Assembly (NCBI GenBank): GCA_950097015.1
Contig: CATNEN010000003.1
Location: 5,332,001-5,396,000, forward strand
Origin: Macrostomum hystrix
Lineage: Eukaryota; Animalia; Platyhelminthes
DNA length: 64,000 nucleotides
Reading direction: 5' to 3'
Part shown: positions 52,501-62,632 of the stretch, in pieces
How positions within the stretch are numbered: the stretch's first letter is position 1
Layout: every line of letters begins with the position of its first letter
The notes under the pieces: generated by a model
What the model was told of the DNA's origin: nothing
Databases searched by the model: none
Seen by the model: the letters and a program-made list of their open reading frames with translations, nothing else
Position numbers and translations under genes: made by a program

Positions 52501-55500
52501 TCCCGGTGTCCCTGAGGTAACGAGCAAGCGCTTGACAGATAAAGTGTTCCGCATTTTTACTGGCGGACTGTCAAAAAGGACTGTAGTGTAAGCAGTGACG
52601 GGAGAAGCAGCCGTGCCCTGCAAGGGCCGCGCTGACTACTCTGAGGTCTCTGCGATTAAGTCTTAGAAGCGCTTTACTCAGGCTGTAAGAGGGAGAGGGA
52701 CCTGGACTGACGACAGTTCTGGGTGTCGCTCAAACTTTTAAATTACGTCGACGAAATACAACAAAACGAAAACTGCGTGAAAACGTGCAAAATCCTGGAA
52801 AAAAAACTTTAAATATGCTAAATCAGCTTGAAACACAAACGTCGACTTAAAGTCGGTGCGGTGTAAAAGTTCCCGTTAGCCACCGACGTCGCTGGTCGTC
52901 TGAAAATCTGTCGACGTCAGCCGACGTCGGATTGTTCTACCAGAGATGACGAAGGATCGGAAGGGCTGTTGCAGTATCAGTTTCACAATGGCTAGTGGAG
53001 CCTCACCAGTGATAAATCGATAGCGCAGTGTGAAACCCTTGCTGCCGGCACTGACAGCTGTCTCTGGTGGAGTTCGCAGCTCGAGAAACAGCTGCGGCCC
53101 ATCGCTTCTCAGGCTGGCCGGAATCACCGTGGCCGAGTCGTCGGTCAGTTGACAGAAACTGCTGTCAGCCTGCGAGTTGGCGAGTCCCTGGCCTTTTAGA
53201 AAGGCTGACAGACGGGATGACTGGCAGCTGCGGGGAGCAGTTCATCAGATGGCAGGACTCGTGCGCTGTGATTGACAGCCTTTATTCTGCTCCTGCCTAA
53301 GCTTTGATAGACCCTCTTACCACCTTGTTTAACCTGTTGCTCCATTCTTATGATCCCTCAGACCCCACTGTCCCAACAGACCCCACTGTCCCAACAGATC
53401 CCACTGTCCCAACAGATCCCACTGTCCCAACAGATCCCACTGTCCCAACAGATCCCACTGTCCCAACAGATCCCACTGACCCAACAGATCCCACTGTCCC
53501 AACAGATCCCACTGTCCCAACAGATCCCACTGTCCTAACAGATCCCACTGACCCAACAGATCCCACTGTCCCAACAGACCCCACTGTCCCAATAGACCCC
53601 ACTGTCCCAACAGATCCCACTGTCCCAACAGATCCCACTGTCCCAACAGATCCCACTGTCCCAACAGATCCCACTGTCCTAACAGATCCCACTAACCCAA
53701 CAGATCCCACTGTCCCAACAGACCCCACTGTCCCAATAGACCCCACTGTCCCAACAGATCCCACTGTCCCAACAGATCCCACTGTCCCAACAGACCCCAC
53801 TGTCCTAACAGATCCCACTGTCCCAACAGATCCCACTGACCCCTGTGACGGTGTCCGAACTGACCAATTATTACACTCATAGCTTTCTGACACAGATAAA
53901 CTATTTATTGTCCCGAACGTGTTTTTTATTCAGTCTAACAACCTCTAGAAAACAAACAAACATTTTAGTTTATTCTAAAGGCAAAACAGGGGTTTTTGGA
54001 CAGCTTATCAGTCACGACTCACTGATCCTAAATTAGACTTTGCTGGCACATCTGTACCCCAATCAGTGATTCATAAAGTTTCTACTAACCTCTTTCCAGC
54101 AACGATTGCATCTTGAACAAAGTGACTAAGTTGGACTTCAACCACCTCAGTTCTCTGCCTGTTGTGCACGCCCTGTAGGAATATGCGGCACATTGTGCCA
54201 GGCCTTATCGGCGGAAACTGCAGAACCTCTTGAGATTGGCCAGAGCTTTCGATTAGAAAATCGCATTCTGTAATCATTCATTGGCTGATTGCGTCAAACA
54301 GGAATATTTCGTGTCTAACAGGGATATTTCGTGTCTAACAGGGATATTTCGTGTCTAACAGGGATATTTCGTGTCTAACATAAACATTTCGTGTCTAACT
54401 GGGATATTCCCTGTAGAATAACAGAGATATTCAGTGTCTAACAGGGAAATTTCGTCTCTACCTGGGACATTTCGTGTCAACAGGGATATTTCGTGTCTAA
54501 CAGGAATATTTCGTGTCTAACAGGGACATTTCGTGTCTAACAGGGATATTTCGTGTCTAACAGGGATATTTCGTGTCTAACAGGGATATTTCGTGTCTAA
54601 CAGGGATATTTCGTGTCTAACTGGGATATTTCGTGTCTAACTGGGATATTTCGTGTCTAACTGGGATATTTCGTGTCTAACAGGGATATTTCGTGTCTAA
54701 CAGGCATATTTCGTGTCTAACAGCGATATTTTGTGTCCAACAGGGATATTTCCTGTAGAATAACAGGCATATTTCGTGTCTAACATAAAAATTTCGTGTC
54801 TAACATAAACATTTCGTGTCTAACAGGGATATTTCCTGTAGAATAACAGAGATATTCAGTATCGAACAGGGACATTTCGTGTCTACTTGAGATATTTCGT
54901 GTCTAACAGGAATATTTCGTGTCTAACAGGGACATTTCGTGTCTAACAGGGATATTTCGTGTCCAACAGGGATATTTCGTGTCTAACAGGGATATTTCGT
55001 GTCTAACAGGGATATTTCGTGTCTAACAGGGATATTTCATGTCTAACAGGGACATTTCGTGTCTAACAGGGATATTTCGTGTCTAACAGGGATATTTCGT
55101 GTCTAACAGGCATATTTCATGTCTAACAGGGATATTTCGTGTCTAACAGGGACATTTCGTGTCTAACTCATGTTTAAAATGAATAATAAATAACTAACAC
55201 GACAGTTCTATGCATGATTTTTTGCATTGAACTTTTGCCATCATTCCATCGTATCTGAAGCACTAGATCTAATAAATAGAACATGCCCTTCCATCCCTTA
55301 CCTGTGCCGTTGAGATAGTGCATCATTAATGAATCTCGATTATCAATCCTGAGAAATTTCTCGGACATTGTGTACTTCAGTCGAAATCCTCGTCGCTGAA
55401 TTTCGACCGATTCTTTGTCTGAGGCGAGGTCGCGGGTTCGACTCACGCGCCCAACGCCGGTGTTGAAATCTAGGCGAAGATTTGAGCCGCTACTGAATAT

Positions 55501-58500
55501 AGTCAGGTTGGGCCTTGTGCCACAAAAGTCACCTTGAATCTGGTTTAGTGGCTCGCGAGAATTGTAGAACCTGACCAGATCCACTGGGCACCTGCAATTT
55601 AATCCAATTCGATTTATATATTTGCTTTCAATCTTGATCAGAATCAGCTAAATCAGAATCCGAATCAGAAACCGAATCAGAATCCGAATCAGAATCCGAA
55701 TCAGAATCCGAATCAGAATCCGAATCAGAATCCGAATCAGAATCAGAATCAGAATCAGAATCAGAATCAGAATCAGAGTCAGAGTCAGAATCTAAATCCG
55801 AATCTAAATTTAAATCCAAATCCAAATCCAAATCCAAATCCGAATCCAAATCCAAATCCTAATCCAAATCTGAATCCGAATCCAAATAAAAATCTAAATC
55901 CGAATCCGAATCCAAATCCAAATCCGAATCCAAATCCAAATCCTAATAAAAATCCAAATCCGAATCCGAATCCAAATCCAAATCCGAATCCAAATCCAAA
56001 TCCTAATAAAAATCCAAATCCGAATCCGAATCCAAATCCAAGTCTATCAGTTTTTTAATCTCACGAGTCAATGGCGTGCGCCGGCTGCTCAACAGATTTG
56101 CCAGCAATCTCGTACAGATCAAAGTCCTCAAATATTAATCGAACTCTCTGATCAGATTTGGCCTGGAAGATGTAGACGCAGTGCAAGTTGTCCGGATAGA
56201 GGCCCGGATAAGTGGTCGATCTGACTGCGCCCTCTTCGCTGACGCCGTCCTGTACGCTGATGAGGTAGCTGCATCCGTTCATTGTGCCCAAGATATGCTG
56301 GCCCGGCTCGTATTCGGCTAAACATTTTTAGGGGCATCTTTTTTTTGTAAGAAATTCGTTCCCTTACCTACATTATCGTATTTTTTATTTATGTGATTCC
56401 TCTGTTGATTTTGGTTGGATGCTGCTATAGTTGTCTATGGTCACCTTTAAGTTATGGTATTTTTCAGTTGGGGGGTCAATTGACCCATCAAGGTTTGAAA
56501 TTTTAAGATGGGGGGGGAGGTCAAATGATCTCCAATTATTAGAGTGTTCTATTTGTGGGGGGGTCAATTGACCTCCCCTGATTTGAGTGTTAATATCAGA
56601 GGTCAATTGACCTTCCCAGGTTTATAAGTTTCAGTTGGGCCTCAAGGTTTAAATTTTAAGTTCGGGGTCAATTGACCTCCCCTTATTAGAGTGTTCTATT
56701 AGGGGGGTCAACTGACCTCCCTAGGTTTGAAAGTTCAAGTTTGAGGGTCAATTTACCTCCTCTAATAAAATCCGAGTTAAGGTAAAGGGGTCAACAGACG
56801 TTTCCTAATAGACCTCCTCTTATTGGAATGTCGGTTTAAATTAGCTGCGAACGAAAAATTTGTTTGCAAGTAGTTTGTAGTGACATGAGTTTTATTTTTT
56901 TATAAAATTAATTTTAGTCGTTTGACCTCCCAACCATTGAAAACAAAAATTCAGCATTAAAGCGCTCACTTCTCGGCACAAACGAGTACTTGACTTTAAA
57001 TCCCAAAGCTTTCATATGCATATCGTTATTGTAGACCCGTTGAGTATTCTTATCGGAGTAGAAATCCATGACTAGAACGGAGTGCTGGCTGACAATGGTG
57101 CGCGGCACCGCGGCCGTTGTGTGGCCACAGAATCTGCCCAATAGCGGCGTTGTTGCCAAAGAAGCATTTGCGTCTGTCAGCTGAATGTGAACGTCGAGAA
57201 AGTCCTTCTTGCAGCTGGAATAGGATATGCCATTCGGACTGATTTCAGTGCTTTCAGGCTGCATATGAAATACATCTAAACTTTTTTTGGTCAGGTGGTC
57301 CACTGACCCCTTTTCTGAGTTAATAATTACTATTTTTTTCCAAGGCAGCTCAAGGGGGTCGGTGGCAGAGCGGTTAACGCGTTTGCCTCTCGCACCAACG
57401 TCCCTAATTTCGATTCCACGGCGAGGCCACATTTATTTGGGGGCGCAGCCGCGGAGAGAAGGCTTGGGGGCTTGTCGTGCAATTTACGCCCTTGAGGGCC
57501 AACCTGGAAGGCACATTGAGAGTGTACACTGCCTGACGATGAGAAAGTCAGGCCAGATGTACACACCTGTGTGAGCGTATGCCTGCGTACAGTATCTGCG
57601 GGCGTGTGTGCTCAGGAGTCAGCGAAATGGGCAGAAGTGCCCCTTCGCTGGCTTCGGGTCTAGTGTCACCAAATGATGTGCCATTGCCTGCAGCCCTCCT
57701 ACAATTATTATTATTAGTATTATAACGGAGGTCAAGTGACACCTTGACTGAATTTTAAATTACTGTTATTTTAAAAGGAGGTCAGCTGACCCATCTTCTA
57801 AGTATATAAATGCAGTTTTTTCAGAACGAGGTCAACTGACCCCCTCTAAGTAAAAAAAATTTTTTTTTTCAAAATGGGTAAACTGGCCTATCATCTAGTT
57901 CGCTGGTCCTGGAATTTTTGAAAGGAGGTCAACTGACCTCTTCTCTGAGTTTATAGATTTTGTTATTTTGAAAAAGGGGGTCAGCTGACCTCTTACATCA
58001 GTAGTCGTAGACTAGACCCGTGACTGGCCAAGTACACTTTGTGAGTGTCTTATACAAGATCGCAGAAACAGAATGACAGGGAGGCGGAGACGGCCGCATT
58101 TTTAATGAGTTTCTACGCGAGTGGGAAGCACTGGGCAGGCAGCCGGTATGATGGGTTGATGAAATTCACTCAAGTGATGAAGTGGCTCTGGCCAGGAGCA
58201 AAAATCAATCAATATTGAAGATAGGCGTCGCTGGCTATCAACTATAACAACTCCGTTTCTTGCCCTAGTACATTTCCAATACTCGAAACGTTTCTGTCAA
58301 TGTACTTTTGTTTTTACTGAAAACACATGAAATTCCGAACTACCGAATCTTTCAAAAATACTAAATCCTTCCCACTCGGAGTCCGTAAAAATATTGAATC
58401 TTTCAAAACTCAAAAAATTCAGCTAATTCAGGCATGAAAATCCAGAATACAGGCTTAAATTTTCTGTTCTTTCCGGTAACAGAACTTTCAGATGATTCTC

Positions 58501-59045
58501 GTTGTGTAGTGAACAACGGCAGTGTACACTCTCACTGTGCCTTGGAGGTTGGCCCTCAAGGGCGTAAGGGCGACAAGCCCCCAAGCCTTCTCTCCGCGGC
58601 TGCGCCCCAAATAAATGTGGCCTCGCCGCGGAATCGAGCTCAGGGACCTTGGTGCGAGAGGCAAACGCATTAACCGCTCTGCCACCGACCCCCCCCAGCG
58701 TGGAATTTAGACTGTCAAAATCGCAAATCCCCAAAAATCCCAATTCTTTCAAAATATCCCCATGAAGGCAAATATTCCCATTCTACTAACTCCTAAGCAC
58801 AAATGCTGACGCCACAAAAACTCACAGCGGTCCCAAGCCTTCAACGTTGAACTCGACGAAATCCAATCGAACTTTTTCCGTACTACGTCCAATCAGCTTG
58901 TAGCGACAGCGCAGATCCTCCGGGTAGTGCTTCGGCCAGCCTGGACTCGTCACAAATTCGTCCTCCGGGCAGAAACTTTCAGCACCGTGTGGACATGAGT
59001 TCGAGTCCCAGCTGCGGATAATTACCTCGCCGCCGTCGCAACGGT
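40558..59045 (-). CDS. type I membrane protein with 5 CUB + LDLa + TM + short cytoplasmic tail (LEV-10/SOL-1/Neto-like); 5' signal-peptide exon not identified
   Basis: Twelve phase-consistent exons: 59045-58826, 57214-56970, 56317-56065, 55591-55302, 54267-54090, 53227-53007, 52101-51792, 43438-43224, 43146-42967, 41830-41624, 41523-41341, 40928-40558. CUB motifs [29 protein letters not shown], GFxxxY. LDLa [46 protein letters not shown]. Ends in -SIV. Confidence 0.9.
41045..41195 (+). mobile_element. SINE family 1 fragment in the last CUB-gene intron
   Basis: CCCTGAGCTCGATT...GGCGCAGCCACAGAGAGAAGGCT...GGCCAACT...CACTGCCTGACAATGAGAACGTCAG. Confidence 0.75.
41890..42450. repeat. 24-bp GA-rich intronic minisatellite GAATGAACGAGTGAATGAACGGAA
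   Basis: Tandem period 24 with 12-bp subunits. Confidence 0.94.
43845..44705. repeat. 23-bp minisatellite ACCATCTTGACACCAATACATAT, left part (interrupted by the BEL element)
   Basis: Same array resumes at 51467. Confidence 0.95.
44706..44959 (+). repeat. 5' LTR
   Basis: TGTCGG...CCTGACA. AATAAA at 44863-44868 followed by a GGGGC-TTT-GCCCC hairpin. Confidence 0.97.
44963..44981 (+). other. primer-binding site complementary to the 3' end of initiator tRNA-Met
   Basis: TGGTAGCAGAGCGTGGTTT, 3 nt after the 5' LTR. Its reverse complement AAACCACGCTCTGCTACCA resembles the metazoan tRNA-iMet 3' end. Confidence 0.9.
45019..51045 (+). CDS. BEL/Pao gag-pol polyprotein (2008 aa)
   Basis: Cys-rich N-terminus. 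DUF1759-type gag ([19 protein letters not shown]). Knuckles CVFC..H..C, CFNC..H..C, CQEC..HH..LH. Protease [16 protein letters not shown] and YVDN. Pao RNase H (FSDGS, PRIEL, IDSQ, NPAD). Integrase HHCC plus D,D,E (VDQLGP, LDQATAF, VERLVG). C-terminal FWERWRREY. Confidence 0.97.
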   Translation: MSSLCAFVSTTATCSETCLAQQHSKEKLRCQYCHTVICRRFADSAFSPKGSASKAVFDLLLSRLNEALDSAGPQPVYKCPLCPSSDGYSAPSLYEQLTAQGLMQVDLRDKRPTHFKRSGLQHGIRASGSEEGVESASTPEARDPGHVNNDGGSQRRNSANPATTSAQPASHSACATPRPTTTDPAAAPAQPGFFPRSSPSYAPGAAPAVSQDCMQQLLYSLTQMMQQNQQILLQVQAQACQPSNSSVPTQPAPRPNFSGDSVLRNVQLQTFDGSDPASFPAFWSSFNYRVDSTSYSDVDKFETLRGLLKDAALKKLGGLDACQPGAYKEARRILELNYGDLQEQKSVCYRRLLAMPRLRSIEYESLEDFADVLRLTIGQLSRLNEPAAAMDAYAFALWPKLPSAMQMDIQEARIKGSKTPMPTMAELQDHLDTKLRALRASIATAEPAAIPYAGASLVNAACHTKDIFKTEQRNSRPSWDPPARDNNSRLTRRRDANCVFCDSDTHAASHCGRVVKPDERLDIVRRKKLCFNCLRAHEVRNCPSRFRCQECKAKHHTSLHGASTLETKPAHKTVSTRQSKTNSHLNASSGTTAIADSESAPVNAISCISSTQDQQLSSTIMATFATAAVNPVNGASVKVTALIDGGCSYTYLNNDIAQRLGLKSLARLSLDSSACHADTRRRIHADIVRLELAAADGRRMPLKVLCVEKIAPAIHVPATKLPRDVQASLAHVPYGIANLPPARDEEVHLDLLIGNDYAQLLIGPSIGAIPLRPRLTAHLTPFGAILSGSLGDDEHHSGNSHPRVIGNTLLCNSHPTNLEQLVDRMTSLEILGLQKDVGRVNLQDDALTIRLLESVTRQPDGRFSVALPFKPEAEQLPTNFSQAFGRAQATHRRLTLAQREQYYAEFKKRKEEGVIEIVDGGKPAGSIVHVLPHFPVVKESSNTTKIRPVVDASAPTSLGGRSLNDLLETGPNLLTSLLQVQLRLRIFRYACISDLQSAFYQIAVHPSCRDALRIILPKDISKPLTQDNFQLWRFTRVVMGASPSPWILLAIIHKLCLDASQSCNFGLTDNEVESIPSGLYVDNLVQGYDDKGTGPRLIKGLRSLFKSAGFHLREFAANDSDALKELPGEDRISSPSVQCLGISWDVQQDTLHLSKPEIPADSALTRSSLLSAISKPYDPFGCAAPLLLAGRLLYNAAFDSGDPWDKPADSDTIKAWSKLREDFIQIDRIAIPRRCIEDRTKPCRLVIFSDGSPQAYGFAIYLQQELNGRTISNLIHAKARLVPARKKGMYITVPRIELWAALIANRTASIVRDILTPAVNIVGITHYIDSQIVLYWLQNGTKLRPYEGRRVQEIRDSDLTSDRRYVPTKENPADYCTKPLDLAHLLSSNFLKGPSFLELPFDAWPSWTPPAVDVSLLKNTPSATVKHTQSNNLLAFAAKISMTPPAGMDITRYGRLSTLLGATAYVIRFATHSKAKGIPNTSEREAALLLWVKYVQELHHPKTLAAFRSNNPKACKLIHQLDLFEDHDGLLRLGSRMANATLSVDALHPFLLPPDSRLSHLLILHIHQQETHAAASTVLSLRERFWVPRGLSTVRAALRHCLDCRSSKAPTLPRPPHGQLPSERLDSSQAAFSSILVDQLGPIHTFDSKTLIVVKRWALVICCAASRAVHLEYLYDYSADAVLHAFERFWARRGLTEGTIFLDQATAFQAAARVVDGLLAPAFQHKLYQDLQPFAAFRKLRFRFAPVRSPWHQGAVERLVGLTKASLRPALWRRRITDDELRTLLCKVEAVLNSRPLTALSSDPKDPRPLTPADIVAPSPRLDLPASTDHFIPAPGQPPAEWLRALYRRREQIIDSFWERWRREYIQHLRSTHLQERRRTGCAPEGPRVGQLMLLADTTPRSCWKTCRVLAVHPDSAGVVRYVTVITSTGHESQRAISHLVPLEADMAPTCTSENDGAGSKDQQPLTPPHVRDNTMSTVGATAPTMASARELRAQRRQQVRDALFNIA
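51213..51466 (+). repeat. 3' LTR
   Basis: Identical to the 5' LTR. Confidence 0.97.
51467..51697. repeat. 23-bp minisatellite, right part
   Basis: Continuation of 43845-44705. Confidence 0.95.
53355..53845. repeat. 18-bp intronic minisatellite CAGATCCCACTGTCCCAA
   Basis: About 27 units. Confidence 0.95.
54295..55168. repeat. 20-bp intronic minisatellite ACAGGGATATTTCGTGTCTA
   Basis: About 43 units. Confidence 0.95.
55635..56040. repeat. hexamer-based array (GAATCA/GAATCC/AAATCC)
   Basis: Fills a CUB-gene intron. Source of the spurious DSDSD ORF. Confidence 0.93.
56470..56800. repeat. degenerate ~40-45-bp repeat with conserved palindromic core RGGTCAnnTGACCY
   Basis: Cores near 56473, 56518, 56561, 56600, 56665, 56705, 56745 and 56788. 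Confidence 0.85.
57354..57723 (+). mobile_element. SINE family 1, most complete copy (tRNA-derived head, ~370 bp, (ATT)n tail)
   Basis: A box TGGCAGAGCGG, B-box-like TTCGATTCC. Body shared with five other copies in the window. Confidence 0.9.
57725..57995. repeat. second cluster of RGGTCAnnTGACCY palindrome repeats (~49-bp period)
   Basis: Cores near 57729, 57778, 57829, 57877, 57926 and 57978, plus one related unit near 57297 on the other side of the SINE. Confidence 0.8.
58518..58694 (-). mobile_element. SINE family 1, 5' half
   Basis: On the - strand, GGGGTCGGTGGCAGAGCGGTTAATGCG...CTCGATTCCGCGGCGAGGCCAC...GTGTACACTGCC. Confidence 0.88.
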
Positions 59046-59061
59046 CTAGTGAAATTTAAAG

Positions 59062-62000
59062 ACGGTTTCATATCCTAAATCTACGGTTGAGTATCCCAAA
59101 TCTACGGTTGCGTATCCTAAATCTACGGTTGAGTATCCCAAATCTACGGTTGCGTATCCCAAATCTACGGTTGCGTATCCCAAATCTACGGTTGCGTATC
59201 CTAAATCTACGGTTGCGTATCCCAAATCTACGGTTGCGTATCCCAAATCTACGGTTGCGTATCCTAAATCTACGGTTGAGTATCCCAAATCTACGGTTGA
59301 GTATCCTAAATCTACAGTTGAGTATCCTAAATCTACGGTTGAGTATCCTAAATCTACAGTTGAGTATCCTAAATCTACGGTTGAGTATCCCAAATCTACG
59401 GTTGCGTATCCTAAATCTACGGTTGAGTATCCCAAATCTACGGTTGCGTATCCCAAATCTACGGTTGCGTATCCCAAATCTACGGTTGCGTATCCTAAAT
59501 CTACGGTTGCGTATCCCAAATCTACGGTTGCGTATCCCAAATCTACGGTTGCGTATCCCAAATCTACGGTTGCGTATCCTAAATCTACGGTTGAGTATCC
59601 CAAATCTACGGTTGAGTATCCTAAATCTACGGTTGAGTATCCCAAATCTACGGTTGAGTATCCTAAATCTACGGTTGAGTATCCTAAATCTACGGTTGAG
59701 TATCCCAAATCTACGGTTGAGTATCCCAAATCTACGGTTGAGTATCCTAAATCTACGGTTGAGTATCCCAAATCTACGGTTGAGTATCCTAAATCTACGG
59801 TTGCGTATCCCAAATCTACGGTTGCGTATCCTAAATCTACGGTTGCGTATCCCAAATCTACGGTTGCGTATCCCAAATCTACGGTTGCGTATCCTAAATC
59901 TACGGTTGAGTATCCCAAATCTACGGTTGAGTATCCTAAATCTACAGTTGAGTATCCTAAATCTACGGTTGAGTATCCTAAATCTACAGTTGAGTATCCT
60001 AAATCTACGGTTGAGTATCCCAAATCTACGGTTGCGTATCCTAAATCTACGGTTGAGTATCCCAAATCTACGGTTGCGTATCCCAAATCTACGGTTGCGT
60101 ATCCCAAATCTACGGTTGCGTATCCTAAATCTACGGTTGCGTATCCCAAATCTACGGTTGCGTATCCCAAATCTACGGTTGCGTATCCCAAATCTACGGT
60201 TGCGTATCCTAAATCTACGGTTGAGTATCCCAAATCTACGGTTGAGTATCCTAAATCTACGGTTGAGTATCCCAAATCTACGGTTGAGTATCCTAAATCT
60301 ACGGTTGAGTATCCTAAATCTACGGTTGAGTATCCCAAATCTACGGTTGAGTATCCCAAATCTACGGTTGAGTATCCTAAATCTACGGTTGAGTATCCCA
60401 AATCTACGGTTGAGTATCCTAAATCTACGGTTGAGTATCCCAAATCTACGGTTGAGTATCCTAAATCTACGGTTGAATATCCCAAATCTACGGTTGAGTA
60501 TCCTAAATCTACGGTTGAGTATCCTAAATCTACGGTTGAGTATCCCAAATCTACGGTTGAGTATCCCAAATCTACGGTTGAGTATCCTAAATCTACGGTT
60601 GAGTATCCCAAATCTACGGTTGAGTATCCTAAATCTACGGTTGAGTATCCCAAATCTACGGTTGAGTATCCTAAATCTACGGTTGAATATCCCAAATCTA
60701 CGGTTGAGTATCCTAAATCTACGGTTGAGTATCCTAAATCTACGGTTGAGTATCCTAAATCTACGGTTGAGTATCCTAAATCTACGGTTGAGTATCCTAA
60801 ATCTACGGTTGAGTATCCTAAATCTACAGTTGAGTATCCTAAATCTACGGTTGAGTATCCCAAATCTACGGTTGCGTATCCTAAATCTACGGTTGAGTAT
60901 CCCAAATCTACGGTTGCGTATCCCAAATCTACGGTTGCGTATCCCAAATCTACGGTTGCGTATCCTAAATCTACGGTTGCGTATCCCAAATCTACGGTTG
61001 CGTATCCCAAATCTACGGTTGCGTATCCCAAATCTACGGTTGCGTATCCTAAATCTACGGTTGAGTATCCCAAATCTACGGTTGAGTATCCTAAATCTAC
61101 GGTTGAGTATCCCAAATCTACGGTTGAGTATCCTAAATCTACGGTTGAGTATCCTAAATCTACGGTTGAGTATCCCAAATCTACGGTTGAGTATCCCAAA
61201 TCTACGGTTGAGTATCCTAAATCTACGGTTGAGTATCCCAAATCTACGGTTGAGTATCCTAAATCTACGGTTGCGTATCCCAAATCTACGGTTGCGTATC
61301 CTAAATCTACGGTTGCGTATCCCAAATCTACGGTTGCGTATCCCAAATCTACGGTTGCGTATCCTAAATCTACGGTTGAGTATCCCAAATCTACGGTTGA
61401 GTATCCTAAATCTACAGTTGAGTATCCTAAATCTACGGTTGAGTATCCTAAATCTACAGTTGAGTATCCTAAATCTACGGTTGAGTATCCCAAATCTACG
61501 GTTGCGTATCCTAAATCTACGGTTGAGTATCCCAAATCTACGGTTGCGTATCCCAAATCTACGGTTGCGTATCCCAAATCTACGGTTGCGTATCCTAAAT
61601 CTACGGTTGCGTATCCCAAATCTACGGTTGCGTATCCCAAATCTACGGTTGCGTATCCCAAATCTACGGTTGCGTATCCTAAATCTACGGTTGAGTATCC
61701 CAAATCTACGGTTGAGTATCCTAAATCTACGGTTGAGTATCCCAAATCTACGGTTGAGTATCCTAAATCTACGGTTGAGTATCCTAAATCTACGGTTGAG
61801 TATCCCAAATCTACGGTTGAGTATCCCAAATCTACGGTTGAGTATCCTAAATCTACGGTTGAGTATCCCAAATCTACGGTTGAGTATCCTAAATCTACGG
61901 TTGAGTATCCCAAATCTACGGTTGAGTATCCTAAATCTACGGTTGAATATCCCAAATCTACGGTTGAGTATCCTAAATCTACGGTTGAGTATCCTAAATC

Positions 62001-62632
62001 TACGGTTGAGTATCCCAAATCTACGGTTGAGTATCCCAAATCTACGGTTGAGTATCCTAAATCTACGGTTGAGTATCCCAAATCTACGGTTGAGTATCCT
62101 AAATCTACGGTTGAGTATCCCAAATCTACGGTTGAGTATCCTAAATCTACGGTTGAATATCCCAAATCTACGGTTGAGTATCCTAAATCTACGGTTGAGT
62201 ATCCTAAATCTACGGTTGAGTATCCTAAATCTACGGTTGAGTATCCTAAATCTACGGTTGCGTATCCTAAATCTACGGTTGAGTATCCTAAATCTACGGT
62301 TGAGTATCCTAAATCTACGGTTGAGTATCCCAAATCTACGGTTGAGTATCCCAAATCTACGGTTGAGTATCCTAAATCTACGGTTGCATCTCCAAAATCT
62401 ACGGTTGAGTATCCTAAATCTACGGTTGAGTATCCTAAATCTACGGTTGAGTATCCTAAATCTACGGTTGAGTATCCTAAATCTACGGTTGCGTATCCTA
62501 AATCTACGGTTGAGTATCCTAAATCTACGGTTGAGTATCCTAAATCTACGGTTGAGTATCCCAAATCTACGGTTGAGTATCCCAAATCTACGGTTGAGTA
62601 TCCTAAATCTACGGTTGCATCTCCAAAATCTA
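59062..62632. repeat. 21-bp minisatellite AAATCTACGGTTG[AC]GTATCC[CT], ~170 units, with higher-order structure
   Basis: Begins just beyond the acceptor of the most 5' identified CUB exon. Source of the spurious 1179-aa and 1235-aa ORFs. Confidence 0.97.

Noticed and set aside
57522-57566. CTGACGA...GAAA..GTC in the SINE resembling a hammerhead ribozyme core
   Set aside because: There is no room for stems II and III. It folds as a simple hairpin.
56470-57995. Palindromic repeats with variable spacers resembling a CRISPR array
   Set aside because: Eukaryotic intron, only a 14-bp core, spacers related to one another, and no cas genes.
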